Shown piece after piece: positions 51,398-63,606 of a stretch of 64,000 nt of DNA (its first letter is position 1; each line of letters opens with the position of its first letter). Made by a program: the position numbers and the translations under genes. Origin of the DNA: Phoronis australis (lineage: Eukaryota > Animalia > Phoronida); the NCBI GenBank assembly GCA_002633005.1, contig NMRA01000100.1:827822-891821 (forward strand). Direction: 5' to 3'. The notes beneath the pieces are model-generated. The model worked only from the letters and a program-made list of their open reading frames with translations, made no database searches and was not told the DNA's origin.

Positions 51398-54300
51398 CGG
51401 TGGGCACACAGATCTGCCATTTGATTTTTGGGTTCGGACGATAAGAGTGCAGATTAGGCGACATAGACGAGCGTTTTCAAGTCAGTTTTTCAGACGACGG
51501 ATCAGACATCCGGTTCACCATCTCAGTTATCGGACAGTATGTGAACGATGTGTAAGTCAGCCCTGCAAGTGTTCGCCACCTGCATACTTCGGAAAACAAT
51601 AGAGTAAAATAGATATTAGTCTTTGAAAGAAGTGTATTGACTTAAGAACCTTCAGAGCACGGAGTTCATATGTACAAACAACTGATGAACGTGATATCAC
51701 ATTAAAAATCTCTGGTACTGCATGACAAATTTGTTCTAGCACACTCATTTTTGACTAAATGGTGAATTCTGCACTTTTCTATTTTTGAATCCATTTAATT
51801 ATCATCTAATAAGCTTTTAATTAACGCCACGTTAAGTCAATATTTTCGTTGATTTCGAATATTGTGATTACGTTAACTGGCAGTAATAACGACGACGAAG
51901 AGCACTAATTACCATTGCTAATTAGTGTTATAAACACCAAATAATTTCTACTTCCTGTATGAAAATTTGTGTCAGAGCTATGCAAAATCGAGACACTTGG
52001 AATGCGTCGTTTTTTCCGCGAACAAACTAAATTTAGTAAAATTCAATAAAGAAATTTCTGAAGTACTCATGAACGGAGGGTCGAAGGAGGTCAAGGACAC
52101 GCTAAGACAGACCCAGAATCCATCAAATTAATGTGAGGCACTGGGCTGGCCTTCTTTTCTATACGTTGTCAGGTACAAAAGACAGCTTTGCAAAGCACCA
52201 GCTTATCAAATTCCAGAAGCTCAGGTATTTCCTGCTAATTATAAATTACATAAATGGGTGACTTGCTCTACACGATGAAAACCACAAAAATTTTAACTAT
52301 AGAAATAAGATTGTAAATCAGTTGATCGCCAGTTGAGGCAAGTCCAGTGCAAAATTGTTAAATTGGTTTCCTCTCAAATTAATCTTCCATCTCGACAACA
52401 ACTGATGCTACAGCTGTGGGTTCAAAGACGAGCGAATATTAATGGTAGTGCTTTTTCAAAGGCGACACGTCATGTAAATAGAAGTTTAGTGGACGCGATA
52501 TTAACAACACTTATTGTTAAACAGTCTTTTGACCAGTGCGAATTTGCTATAGATCAAAACGTAATTCAAAATTGATATTCACTTTCTGTTTAGTTTCCTC
52601 AGGGATAATTTGCAACTCGTAGCTGAGGAATCTGGTCCCCGCGACTACGTGGAGTTGTCACCGTGGATTGGAAGCATTTTCGTCCCGTGTGTGGAGTTAA
52701 GGGCGGGATTTTACGGCGAGTTTGGCGATAGTTGACCCGGGACTGGAGTTTAGAGGATCCTAGCTTAAATTTAGAGGCACCACCATGGAAGCTTTCCCAC
52801 TCCTAGAGTCATCGGCCATTCTATCGGCGCCCGGGTGCAACGACAGAAAAATCTACAATATTAATTTTTAACGCACGGGAGTTTGGAAAGATTTTGAATA
52901 ATTAATTAGTGTTTCAATTTGTTTTGAGAAGTTTTAACAAAAAAATAAATTAGAAATGGCCTTTTCACGTCTGCCACAAGTTTGCCGAGAAGTTCGCAGC
53001 GCACTCTTCGTGCGTTTCTCGTGTGGTGGAAATTTCAGCATGTAGTTTCTAATGGAAATGTTTATCCCAATGTTTTCTACTTAAAACGTGCTTTCCATCC
53101 ATGGTACTTGTTTCGACAAAAATTGTACGTTATCACAGATTTCGTCGCTCCGGAAGTTTGTCCTCATTTTTGCAGCTATTGATGGCGAGAGAAATTTACA
53201 ATCACTACACATGAAGTTATGGTTGATTTTGATGGGAGATTTTGTTTACAAGTTGCCCGTACGCGGTATATACAAGTAGTTTGAGCTAATTATCAAAGCA
53301 CGCGAATGGTCGACGGATAATGGAGACGACAGCAGTTTTTCTGCATAACACTTGGTGTACCTGCCGCTTAACAGATGTGATAAGGAGTTTTACAGACTCA
53401 CATTCGTGTATACACAAACATTAATCAGTTCTACACGCACAAGCAAGGCATTGGCCAGACCTCTCGTGCGCCAAATATACTTCTAGTTACTAAAACCTTT
53501 CATGAGCAGATCTCGGCCTAGGGACCCAGTATTCGAGAACAACACGAGAAGGCACTGGATTCGAATACTAGGTTCATCGCAAGAAAGCGTCGACAGAAGG
53601 CTGATGAGAACACCTCTCAAAAAATGGGCTGGGACTCAACAGTGCCGATTTTGAATTAATTGTGCAGAAATGATTTACACTTGTCTCTATGAATCTGGGA
53701 TGTGTCGCAAAAAACTTAAAGCTTACCCACTGGATAAGTCAGATTGTTGCATGACATCAAAAATTTGTTCAACAATGTCACCTAGACACTCGTTAGCGTG
53801 TCGGCAGTGTTGTTATCCACTACATGTTTTTATGCGACCGGTCCCTGCAATACGAACATACAGTTCTCATTCCAGGGTTATAAAAAGTGCATCTCTGATC
53901 AATCATAATGAAGTTCTCGTATTCTACACCGGAAGTGCGTAGAATGTACATCAGTACACTATAGCTATGTTCGCAATGAAAGATATCCAGGCTAGAAACA
54001 CTATTGTGAGGTTCGTTCTCATGTAAACAATGACTCCGCACACTTTGCTAAATTATGTTGTCACGGTTGCAGATACGGATGTTTATTTTCATGACAACCA
54101 GTGACTACTAATGAACGTCTCAAAAGTTTACAACCGCATGTCGGTGCGTCCGGCATATTAGTCCCGATGAAAAGCAAACATCCTCACTTGAATTGACATG
54201 GCAACTCTACATTGGACGGGTGATAAACTTCAGTTAACCGTTTATTTCAACGAATAATACAAGGAGTGATTCATATTGCCGCCTGCTAATCGAGTGAAAA

Positions 54301-55117
54301 CGTTATATGCCGTCAAATTAACAAACATACAAACAATAAACATAAAGAAGATCATTAGAGACAGATATCAAAATCACGTTAGTGATGTCAGGTGCAAGAT
54401 GTAAATCTACGTGGATCAAGTTGATTGGTTGAGAAATTACTCTGAAAACAAGGCAAATAAAGCAGCAAAAATTCCTGAAACCATATCTCGTATTAGGCTG
54501 GTGGCCAACTTACATGACAATTCCGTTCCCTCGCACCTTTAACCGCCTGTGAATTCACACCCGTCGTACAAGCTTGTCGAAATATACCATGCCATCGGAG
54601 CTGCCGCTCACATTTTCTATCATCAAAAAACTTCAAAGCACACACGCTTATAAATCTCGACGATTTGGCCTTCCAATTAGAGTCGGGAATTGGCAAAAGT
54701 TACCGCTACTTCAGATATATGATGAAAAGATCCGATTCGTTCGAAGGAACATTAATGATTTGCAGATCTTATAAATGAGCAGCTATCGGCAGATGAAATC
54801 GGGAAGTGAGATGATTCTAATTTTACCATGACGCAACAGTTGCAGAAATAAATTTGTTGGAGACTCTGATTATTTTATTCTGGCGCAGCATTGTTCAACA
54901 GAATAACTTCTCACGTTAGTGAGGAATTAGAGAACTGAAGAATGTTTTACCAAAGAAAGCATCTTTTGACAAGAGAATAAGTAAATTTTGGATTTCGGCA
55001 AATAATCAGACCAGAAGAGGCAGGACGTTTTGGTCACAATACAAGTCCAGTAAAGATGGGTTCTGTTTTTTTCAGTTCGTAATGATTCATTTTAATATGA
55101 AACAGTGCAGAAAAAAA

Positions 55118-55265
55118 CAGTGACGGTTTTATAGGGAGGCCAAGGGGGCCATGGCACCCAGTTCTATTTGGCAGATCGGGGGTGCAAATGTCTGCAGGGT
55201 AAAATACTGGCCAATACTCTGCCCTGCCCCCCCCCCCCCGACTCAAAATCCTGTATCTGCCCCTG
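55118..55265 (-). mobile_element. MITE of the same family as 56179-56297, inverted
   Basis: Reverse complement reads CAGGGGCAGATACAGGATT...CCCCTTGGCC...CCGTCACTG and shares the internal cacccccga..t.ccaaat.gaa. Flanks are aaaaa and aaaac. Confidence 0.8.
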
Positions 55266-56178
55266 AAAACTGTCATGTCAAAACTAAGTACATATCTTAC
55301 GATTACAATACAATTAATATTCAGTAAAAACCCACTTGCAGACATATTTTCGGGTGGATCAGAATCTTTTTGTAGTTTCGAACTCCCAAAGAACACCCTG
55401 TTGTAATTACATCGGAAAAGCATCCTTCCGAATGGAATTTCATCGGAAGAGTAGTGATACTGTCAACTGTCTAAACGACAGTCTCTATGGCCACTTTTGT
55501 ACGTCGTCACTAATTTGTAAACTGAACAACTCTCAAGATCCGCCAGACAGGAATCAAGAGTAGCACTTACCGGTCCTTCAAATTTGTCAACAGTCCTGAA
55601 AAAGTCATATCTTAAATACAACAAGTCTTTCCCGTCAACTCCTTAGCCTGTCTGACATTTGTCACCCAGGGGGGGTGCTCGGCTATCTTTGGGGGTGCAG
55701 CTGAAAAATTAAGACACCCACACAATGAAAGAGTGGACTTGAAAAAGCGACCCATTAAGGTTGCTTCCATGAAATTGTCATCCTTTCCCAGGGTTCTGTT
55801 CCAAAAACTCTACCCTTTGATTTAATACCAACCTAACCCCTACACAGAGATTACTGGACAGTTGTCAAAATAAGAACACTTCTGTTTACAACCACTTTTA
55901 AAAGAGAAGATAACATTAAAAAACCTTTTAGATTTGAATGGTTGGACAGGGTACAAAATTCCCAGTGTGTACCTTAGCAGTGAATCACATCAAAAAGGTA
56001 CCATTTTGTGAGGTATTAAAGTGGAACTTGCAGCTAATTTCTTATTTCTGTGATTGCTTGGCCAAATTAGTTAGAAACACAACATACATCGAAGATGTGA
56101 ATATGAAGTAGGTTGTAAATTGCCAAATATTTTTAGGAAGAGTTTTGTGTCGAAAATGATCCAGTGTAAATCAGTGAA

Positions 56179-56297
56179 CAGGGGCGGATCCAGGATTNCC
56201 TTCAGACATTCTCACCCCCGAACTACCAAATGGAATCTGGGAGAATTTTAGAGGGGGAGGGCATTGCCCCCTTGGCCCCCCTCTAAATCCGCCACTG
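56179..56297 (+). mobile_element. MITE with 5-bp TSD (GTGAA)
   Basis: gtgaa|CAGGGGCGGAT...ATCCGCCACTG|gtgaa. Confidence 0.85.
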
Positions 56298-58344
56298 GTG
56301 AACCATGTCCAATAAGTGTCATGATGTGGTGCTGGGGAATAACACTACATGCTGCAGGCCATGTGAGCATAGGTCATTACTGCAAAGGAAACCTATTTGT
56401 AGATTTTTTTTGTTTTCACATTTACAAGTTGTCAATAAATAGAACTGCATAGATTACTTTCAAATAGCAGAACCCTGCTATACATTACTTTAAATTGGAG
56501 AGACACACCCTTTCCTTGGAAATTTGTCCAAAACATCACCGCTTTAAATGAAACTGGTCTCAGCAGCATATCCTCTATACCGCTTTTGTAGGAGTAACGC
56601 ATGTTTCCCCAACAGTCAACCTTTAGTCAACCTGTGACCTGTACCTGGCTCGCATTTCACATCAGGATGCCACCCATGGGCACCTGTAAATATTGTCCCT
56701 GCCCTATTAATACATACCCCACAGTGCAGAGCACTATTCCGAATGTCTAGTGCACATTTGGGAATTAAAATGATGGTAAAATTTCACAATACACATGTAC
56801 ATGATATTTAGGTGGATCTGAAACGAGTTTACTTGCACTTTTTAAAAAGATGCAAAATCAACTCTTGAGATATTTATGCACCTAAGGTAAGGAGGCACTG
56901 TACAGTTCTCACTGGGTTTTGTCTGGCAGTACACACATCACTGGACTTGCCACCTGTTTTCCACTCTGTCCAAAACTATGAACAAAACAAAATGCTGTGA
57001 CTCATACCGCAAGCGCCACACATGACCACAGAAACTTTAATCTGTCTCGTGTTGTTGGCCCTTTCATTTTTGCCGAAAAAGGAAGCATAGCTCTAAAAAA
57101 AAATGAAAAAACGCAAAATCAAATTTTAGCCTAAAACTGGAGTTTCCTGCAGAAAGTCAGATCCAAATATATGCCCAGATGTTTATCTGGAAATGACAAA
57201 TATATGTTCAGGTGTGTCAGTACTGTAGCCGGTGTTCAAACTGAAACCAAGACAGTCTATGCAAGAAGTTTATTTTTGAAAATTTACCTCATTTACAGTT
57301 TTAGTGTACATTCCCTATAAAACTGGGGGGGGGGGGGNAAGGATTCAACCATGCATAGTTTCTCAAATGTATGCCCTGGGCCTGTCTGTAGAAAACTCCA
57401 GTACTTGTCCTAAAATATTACCTGTAATTTGAGACATTATGCATATTAGTGGGAATCCAACAAGTTAATGCTGGCTTAATCTTCAAGACTTTCTTTAATG
57501 GTTAAGAAAAAGTTTAACTGGTCAACATCCATTTACTTCGTTTTTCAAACCTTTTTAGTTTCAGACTCTGTACTTCATACCATATATCTCAGTCTACAAA
57601 GTTTTAACAATTTGCGAAATCAAAGATGAAGCTTGTAAACATTCATCATAGTGTTTCTCCTACTATGTTTGTTTACATAGTTGCCATGTTCTTTCTGTAT
57701 ATATTCTTCAATACCTCTCTTCATTAAAGACACGACTAGACTTTTTGTTAGCGAAAGGAGACTGTTTCATAATTACGAACATATCAGTATCAAGCTCGCA
57801 AACAAAAAGTCTAGTCGTGTCTTTAATGAAGGGCTACTACCAAATTATACCAATACCTCTGTGTAGATAATTCTCTACACAAGTACTTTTTATCAGTAAC
57901 CAGCATCTGTGCTGTTTTCTTTTCAAATAAACGTTTTACTTACTAACTAACTTTTATACCGATTGTATGCTAAAAAGCCGATGTTTATTTTGATCTAAGT
58001 TCCTAAAACTAATCGAATGTGACGAAGCTTGCAACACTCGAGCTGATTGAGGTCACAGCTGAAGGTGATTATTACCGGGAAAAATGAGAACAAAAATAAA
58101 AAAAATAAAAGGTGGATTATATCAACTAAGAATTTTGTATGCCTGCTACATGACATACACAATTACAATACAGAGATAATGAGACCACGTCAAAATTTCA
58201 AACTTCAGTTAGATTCGATCACCTGCAACTGTTCATTAGTAAAAAGACGCACAGGTCAAAGGAAACGAGTACATGTTGTAAAATAAGGCAACAATATTTC
58301 ATACTTCAGTAAGGTATAAGAAGTTAAATTGAAGCACATCATTT

Positions 58345-58985
58345 TTATGTCAATTTTTTAATGATAAACATAAAATACTCAGCACTAAAATACGTCCCCA
58401 GTTCTTTAAAACTAACACTCACTTTGGAACAGTTCAAAGTCTCTTCAACAAACAAAAGTCTACTTTCCGGATCTTCATCAGTAAATTGCACAATACTTCC
58501 ACTATGTACCAAGACTCTATAGGCTTCCTCCAGAGCTCTTTTCCCATTTCTCACACCAAATTCTTTATCGCGCATCACTGCGTCCAGTGTCCCTTTATCC
58601 AATACCAAATCAAAACAGCTGTCCGCAAACAGTAACGAGGTTACATCACAGACTCGGAATTGCATTGTGGACATGGCATGGGACAGGTCATTCGTAGCCA
58701 ACTTTAAATGCCTTTGTTTCATTTTTTGAATTGCCGTTTTTGAGAAATCCACACAGGTGATATCCACAGGTGTAGTCTTATCACCATACAACCCCATGCT
58801 GATATCGGACAGCCCACACCCGAAGTCTAAAATCTTACACGGACTGGTGCCAAGATCGGTTATCAATGGTTTAACGAATGCTTTCAGTTGTTTGTAACTC
58901 AAGAACCAGTCTTCCGTGTCACCTTGTAATCCAGCATAGTGTGTTTCCCAGGCAGACTGCTTACTAAGGTTGTGAATGAGTTGAC
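58345..58985 (-). CDS. CSKMT: Citrate synthase-lysine N-methyltransferase (METTL12-like), main exon
   Basis: Acceptor ctctttttatag|GT. Class I SAM motifs ILDFGCG, VDFS and LVLDKGTLDAV, plus DWF and QFTDEDPESRL as recalled for METTL12/CSKMT. Stop TAA at 58345-58347. Confidence 0.88.
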
Positions 58986-59146
58986 CTATAAAAAGAGTGA
59001 AAAAGAATATTAAAAGATAATTGTCAAGGCTATAATCAGGTACCAAAGACAGCAATGTCTCAATAAGGGTTAACTGTTTTTCTACAAAAAGTAATAAATA
59101 AATTCTAAAAAATGTAACAAATTCTCTTGATATTTCAACACAATGG

Positions 59147-59189
59147 CATGATGTTTCGGCCAGTCATTTCTCTGGCCATCTTCAGGTGA
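59147..59189 (-). ncRNA. Decayed minimal hammerhead ribozyme (Penelope-like element type)
   Basis: tcacCTGAAGAt-GGCCAG-agaaatga-CTGGCC-GAAACatcatg: intact CUGANGA and GAAA boxes around a 6-bp stem II. Confidence 0.6.
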
Positions 59190-59840
59190 TTTTTACAAGA
59201 ATGAGCATAGGTGTGTAGTACTCTGCTGATGATCAGCCATGGTGATGAGCTCTTTTCAGCACACTGAACTGTTGTCCTTTTGGTTGTCAGTCCAGCACTC
59301 TCTCTGCTAGAATGATTTAATTAATCATACGGTGCAGATTGCAAAGACTAGTTTGTTTAAATGTTTAGATTTAACGACATCAACTATGCAAATGTTTTAC
59401 CCATTAACATATGCTCCACAAGCATTTTCAATATGGCGGGTGCTCGCCTGCTCGAGAGTGCTCAATTCTGAACAACTTTTAGCAAGTTAGCATTCGTGAA
59501 CAGAGGCAAGCGCTCGCAATCACACGAAGTGCTTACATGACAAGACTGTTGGAAGTAACTGTAAAAAATTTGGTACATCAATAAATAATTTAATTTGCAT
59601 AATCTTTATATTGATTACAGGGGCCTTTCTTCATTTTCTGAAGCAACCACACACACTGTCGTTCAATAATGAGCTCTGACATTAGGCGGGCACTTGCTCT
59701 CATTTTACACAGGCTCTATTCAACAAGCCTCAAGTATTTTTCTGGAAAATTCACATCATTAGAAAGCAGAAGAAATTTTCTACCAGGATAGAACACTTNG
59801 GGACATGCCAAATACAAGCAGTCATTCACTAGTGCCATAG

Positions 59841-60008
59841 CTGGGTCGGATTAGTGATCTGGAACTGGAAAACTGACTGTACTTCTAGCAACGCAACTTT
59901 GATGGTTCAAACAGTGTGAGGCGTAATTTACCAAAAATCTTTCAGCATATATCAGCCCCATTAGATGCCAGATGGTCACCATCTGAGCCAATTACTTCAC
60001 CGACCCAG
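59841..60008. mobile_element. Small MITE-like inverted repeat in the CSKMT intron
   Basis: ctgggtcgg...ccgacccag termini with imperfect inward extension. Confidence 0.45.
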
Positions 60009-60299
60009 TCTTGACGGTGGTACTGTCTACACATGCTAGTGTAGTCACACACTCTGAGAGGAATATTCAAGGTTGCAATAGTACAAAAGACTGGGGAGAG
60101 TAGGGGGGGGGGAGGGGGGGACATCAATGTCTTCACTGCAGCGACACACAACACACTCTCCACAAACTGTGCTCCGTCAAAAGCAAAACAATACGTGATC
60201 GAATAATCGGAAGTACTATTCAGTCAAAAAAATACGCAAGTACATTCTCGGAGAACACTGCCCTACACTGCACTTTATGTTATATGAGAACCCACACAC

Positions 60300-60393
60300 T
60301 TCTATCGTTTCTTTTCTGGCAATACTTTCTTGAGTGGGTCAAGACTTTAAATGTGGAAATCCGGCAACACATTGTTTTCATAGAAGGCGCCAT
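60300..60393 (-). CDS. CSKMT: CSKMT exon 1, probable mitochondrial targeting peptide
   Basis: aacATGG start, MAPSMKTMCCRISTFKVLTHSRKYCQKRNDR (rich in R/K/S/T, poor in acidic residues). Donor GAA|gtgtgt is phase 1, matching the acceptor at 58985. Confidence 0.65.
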
Positions 60394-60660
60394 GTTAAGA
60401 AATTTCACATTTTATCTTCAACACCAAAAACCACGGAAGTAATCAAAACGTGTCTTTATCATTTCTTCTTTACAAAAGATACCCCATTGTATCCGCAGAT
60501 TGCAAGTATTCCGTGAGTCAATACTATCAAGGAACTTTCAAGGCAAATAGATGGATTTTTTCACACTTTTTAGGGAACGAGAAATTAGCGCCCTCTGTGG
60601 AAGACGTATCATTTCCGCCATGATCAAAACAACTGGTTGAGCAGTTTCGAAGGACGCAAA
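60394..60660. promoter_or_regulatory. Bidirectional promoter region shared by CSKMT and DCAF5
   Basis: Divergent ATGs 267 bp apart. YY1-like GCGCCATGTT overlaps the CSKMT start, and CTCF-like TAGCGCCCTCTGTGGA lies at 60586-60601. Confidence 0.7.
60620..60640 (+). other. Short upstream ORF (MIKTTG*) before DCAF5
   Basis: ccgccATG ATC AAA ACA ACT GGT TGA, out of frame with the DCAF5 ATG and ending 20 nt before it. Confidence 0.5.
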
Positions 60661-60853
60661 ATGCAGAAGCGTCGTCAGGGTTTCATTCCATATATCTTCC
60701 ATCGTCCTTACGCTGATCCGACGACTCTTAGACAGTCTTTGTTTTCATGCGTTTTTGAAAAATGTCACAAAATGTTTTGCATGGATTTAAAAGCCCATTT
60801 CGGCTGTGTAAATGCCATCGAGTTTTCTCGAATGGGCAACGTGATGACATCAG
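60661..60853 (+). CDS. DCAF5: DDB1- and CUL4-associated factor 5 (WDR22), exon 1
   Basis: MQKRRQG...DLKAHFGCVNAIEFS...TSG, the first WD40 repeat typical of DCAF5. Donor CAG|gtatac, phase 1. Confidence 0.9.
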
Positions 60854-61508
60854 GTATACCTTTAGACAATACTGGTCGTCCTTTGCTGGCCCCAGCGTAT
60901 ACGATGGTCCATTCTAGTACATTTTCTATAACAGAAGTTCCCAGTAAATTATTGCTAATTAATCCAAGTGCTTATTGGCTTAATAAGTACCTTTTGAATT
61001 CAGAGGGACCGGTTTTGGAGGCCGTCATTGCCTTTAAACTCTTTCTATTCGACCAAGTGCTCTTGCAATCGCAATTTCATTATCACAGGCTCCTTCATTT
61101 AGTAATTACATCATTTCAACCAAGAGTTGTGGGATATAATGAAGACTGTAGATGCATTGTAAATAAGCACCAGTTATGTCATGTAACACAACTAGTCCTT
61201 ATTCTGTGCTGGTTAACCAATTTCACCACTGGGAACTTCATAGTTTTTTCTGCTCAGTTTGGTCTGGTGTAACGTCATCTCCATAAGTTAGTGCATGTTG
61301 CTTCTCAACTGTTACAAAGGTTGTGTGGAAGTTCACCTAACGAAGCAAGATAATTGACTCAACTCAACAAGAAATGAGAGATTTTGGTTTACCACGTGAC
61401 ATCGGAGAATTCTTGTGACATACGTTACGAATATATTGTGAACCTGTTTTCATGCGTTTCCCACCAACAAATAAACTCACAAGTTTGAAACATTGGCTGT
61501 ATTTTCAG

Positions 61509-61652
61509 GTGGTGATGACAAAAGAGTACTTGTGTGGAATGTGGAAAAGCTTCTTTCTAACATAGGCCAGCCTGAGTCGATGAAGGGAGAACACCATAGT
61601 AACATATTCTGTCTGGGGTTTGACAATCATGGCAAAAAACTGTACTCCGGAG
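61509..61652 (+). CDS. DCAF5: DCAF5 exon 2
   Basis: ttttcag|GT...GAG|gtttgt, 144 nt; GGDDKRVLVWNV...MKGEHHSNIFCLGFD...LYSG. Confidence 0.93.
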
Positions 61653-61849
61653 GTTTGTGAGTTTTCAAAGTGTATGTTTGTCATTTTGTTGATTAAAAGT
61701 TATTACGTACTCTGTTAAATCCAAATTCTTAAAAAGTACATGGACGTTGTCTTAATTATAATAATGCCAGTTTTCATTGGTAATACTTGAGAGGTGTTGA
61801 TGTTCAAGCAATAGCTGAAATGGTATGATCATTTATAATTGTTTTTCAG

Positions 61850-61886
61850 GAAATGATGAACAAGTTATCTCCCATGACATAGCCAC
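61850..61886 (+). CDS. DCAF5: DCAF5 exon 3
   Basis: tttttcag|GA...CAC|gtaagt, 37 nt; GNDEQVISHDIAT. Confidence 0.9.
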
Positions 61887-62195
61887 GTAAGTAACAGATT
61901 ACATATTAAACAAACCCATGGCTTCTGTCAAAGTCATTTAGGCCATTTATCATTATAAAATTGATCTTGCCTTGTTTGTTAGTCAGATTAGAAGTGATTT
62001 GTAGCTTTAGAAGAACTGTCGTATTGTCATAGCTTTCAGACAAAGCCCGTCAAGTTGCTTGTTTCAGCACGTAGTTTCAATCACCAGGTATTATGACCAT
62101 GAGACGATTCATTGTAGCCAATTCAATGGATGAAAACCTAATGAGGTTGCTTTGGAAGAGCAATCATGACTGAAGGAAGTTGTTGTTTTTGACAC

Positions 62196-62352
62196 CAGGG
62201 CCTAGTTACATAAAAGCTATACCCTTGGATAGCAACAATGACGTCGCATTATGATACGTTGCATTATGACACGACATGTCACATTGGTATTGTTGAACAA
62301 CATACTTGATGTCACACAACAAATTTTTGGACGTTTTATGCAACACAGCCCT
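62196..62352. mobile_element. Small MITE in DCAF5 intron 3
   Basis: TIRs agggcctagttacataaaa and ttttatgcaacacagccct. Confidence 0.6.
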
Positions 62353-62436
62353 TAACTTAATTTACAGTGTTCAACTATCGCGTAACCTTACTCCTTCAAA
62401 GACGTGCTAATTTATCTTTGTTTGCTGACCTTTCAG

Positions 62437-62576
62437 TGGTGAGACCCTAGATGTATTCCTACACAATGAAGCTGTCTACTGCCTGTCTATCCACCCTGAG
62501 AACGACGATGTGTTTGCCAGCGCCTGTGACGATGGGAGGATTCTCATTTACGACACGAGACAACCAGCCGGAGAAG
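62437..62576 (+). CDS. DCAF5: DCAF5 exon 4 (copy 1)
   Basis: ctttcag|T...AAG|gtattg, 140 nt; GETLDVFLHNEAVYCLSIHPENDDVFASACDDGRILIYDTR (WD40 with DxR). Confidence 0.92.
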
Positions 62577-62822
62577 GTATTGTACTAGTGCAGACTGGCA
62601 GGGAGAGTTTACAGGAATGAATTTGTTAATCCTAGAACAAAAATGTGCTCCAAGCAGACAAAAGATCTGTACCTCTCCCCTATATGCTCATAGTTAGGCT
62701 CATATGCCTGTACGTGAAGTTATGCCCACATCTGTAATTAGACGCATGCATCCTCAAGTGCAGCAATCGAGTGAAACTTGGCTGGTCCATTACATTATGG
62801 TAGATGTTGACATGTATTCAAC

Positions 62823-63605
62823 TTAAGGTTATCCCAAACCTTATTTAGTGACCTCCATTCTTACTCCTTTAAAACACTAGGCTATGTCAACTTGTAAAAG
62901 TATCTACTTTCTGAAAGAAAAAAGGGATGTTAAAAATATGTTTTATATTTGTGTGTCAGTATTGTTATTGTGTTACCACCTTTTTTAAGTCAAAATTTCA
63001 TTTTGAAGAAAGGTGCATTCATAGGTGATTGTAATGAAACTCTTTGTAATGAAACTTCACAATTTACTCAAAAACGCTGCTAGGAATTTTGGGTCACTCA
63101 TTTATTTTGGTTTATATGCCAAATTAACTCGCAAAACATAATGTATTTTTGTAAAAAAATAGCGGTCTTATTCGTCTATCTTTCGGTACATGAAAATTAG
63201 ACATTTAAAACGAAAATCCACATTGTCCTTGATATTGATGAATAAATATTAAAATTGGAAAGTTTCAGTGAAATCCACCAAGAACTTGTGTTCCTAAATT
63301 CAAATGAAGTCGATTCGCTAAAGCCAAGAAAACCTCAAAATGTCAAAATCTCACCTCTGTTGTATAACCTGCCTGAGCAACACAACGACGCGACTTGACT
63401 TGTGTACACCACCACCTATCAGAGAGTCATCGTATACATGAGGAACCCTTTCCAGCTGAAAATTGACCGTCGGACGGCCTTCGTCCGACGGTTGGAGTTT
63501 GCTAATGCGAACACAATAGCCCATTGAATTCAGTCCAGCTGCCTGGGCTGCTTGGTCACGTACGTAATCCTTTAATGACACCTCATTATGCCATAAAACT
63601 ACGTG
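62823..63605. mobile_element. Probable TTAA-target DNA transposon in DCAF5 intron 4, truncated at the N
   Basis: Begins TTAA|ggttatc, like the termini at ~1960 and ~5600. The other terminus is not visible. Confidence 0.4.
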
Positions 63606-63606
63606 N

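Noticed and set aside
58986-60299. Possible H/ACA snoRNA in the CSKMT intron (human CSKMT is recalled as the SNORA57/U99 host)
   Set aside because: No convincing hairpin-H box-hairpin-ACA arrangement by eye. An Infernal or snoReport search would be decisive.
60854-61272. Continuation of the 211-aa ORF after DCAF5 exon 1
   Set aside because: Read-through into intron 1. WD40 similarity resumes only at 61509, after a canonical splice.
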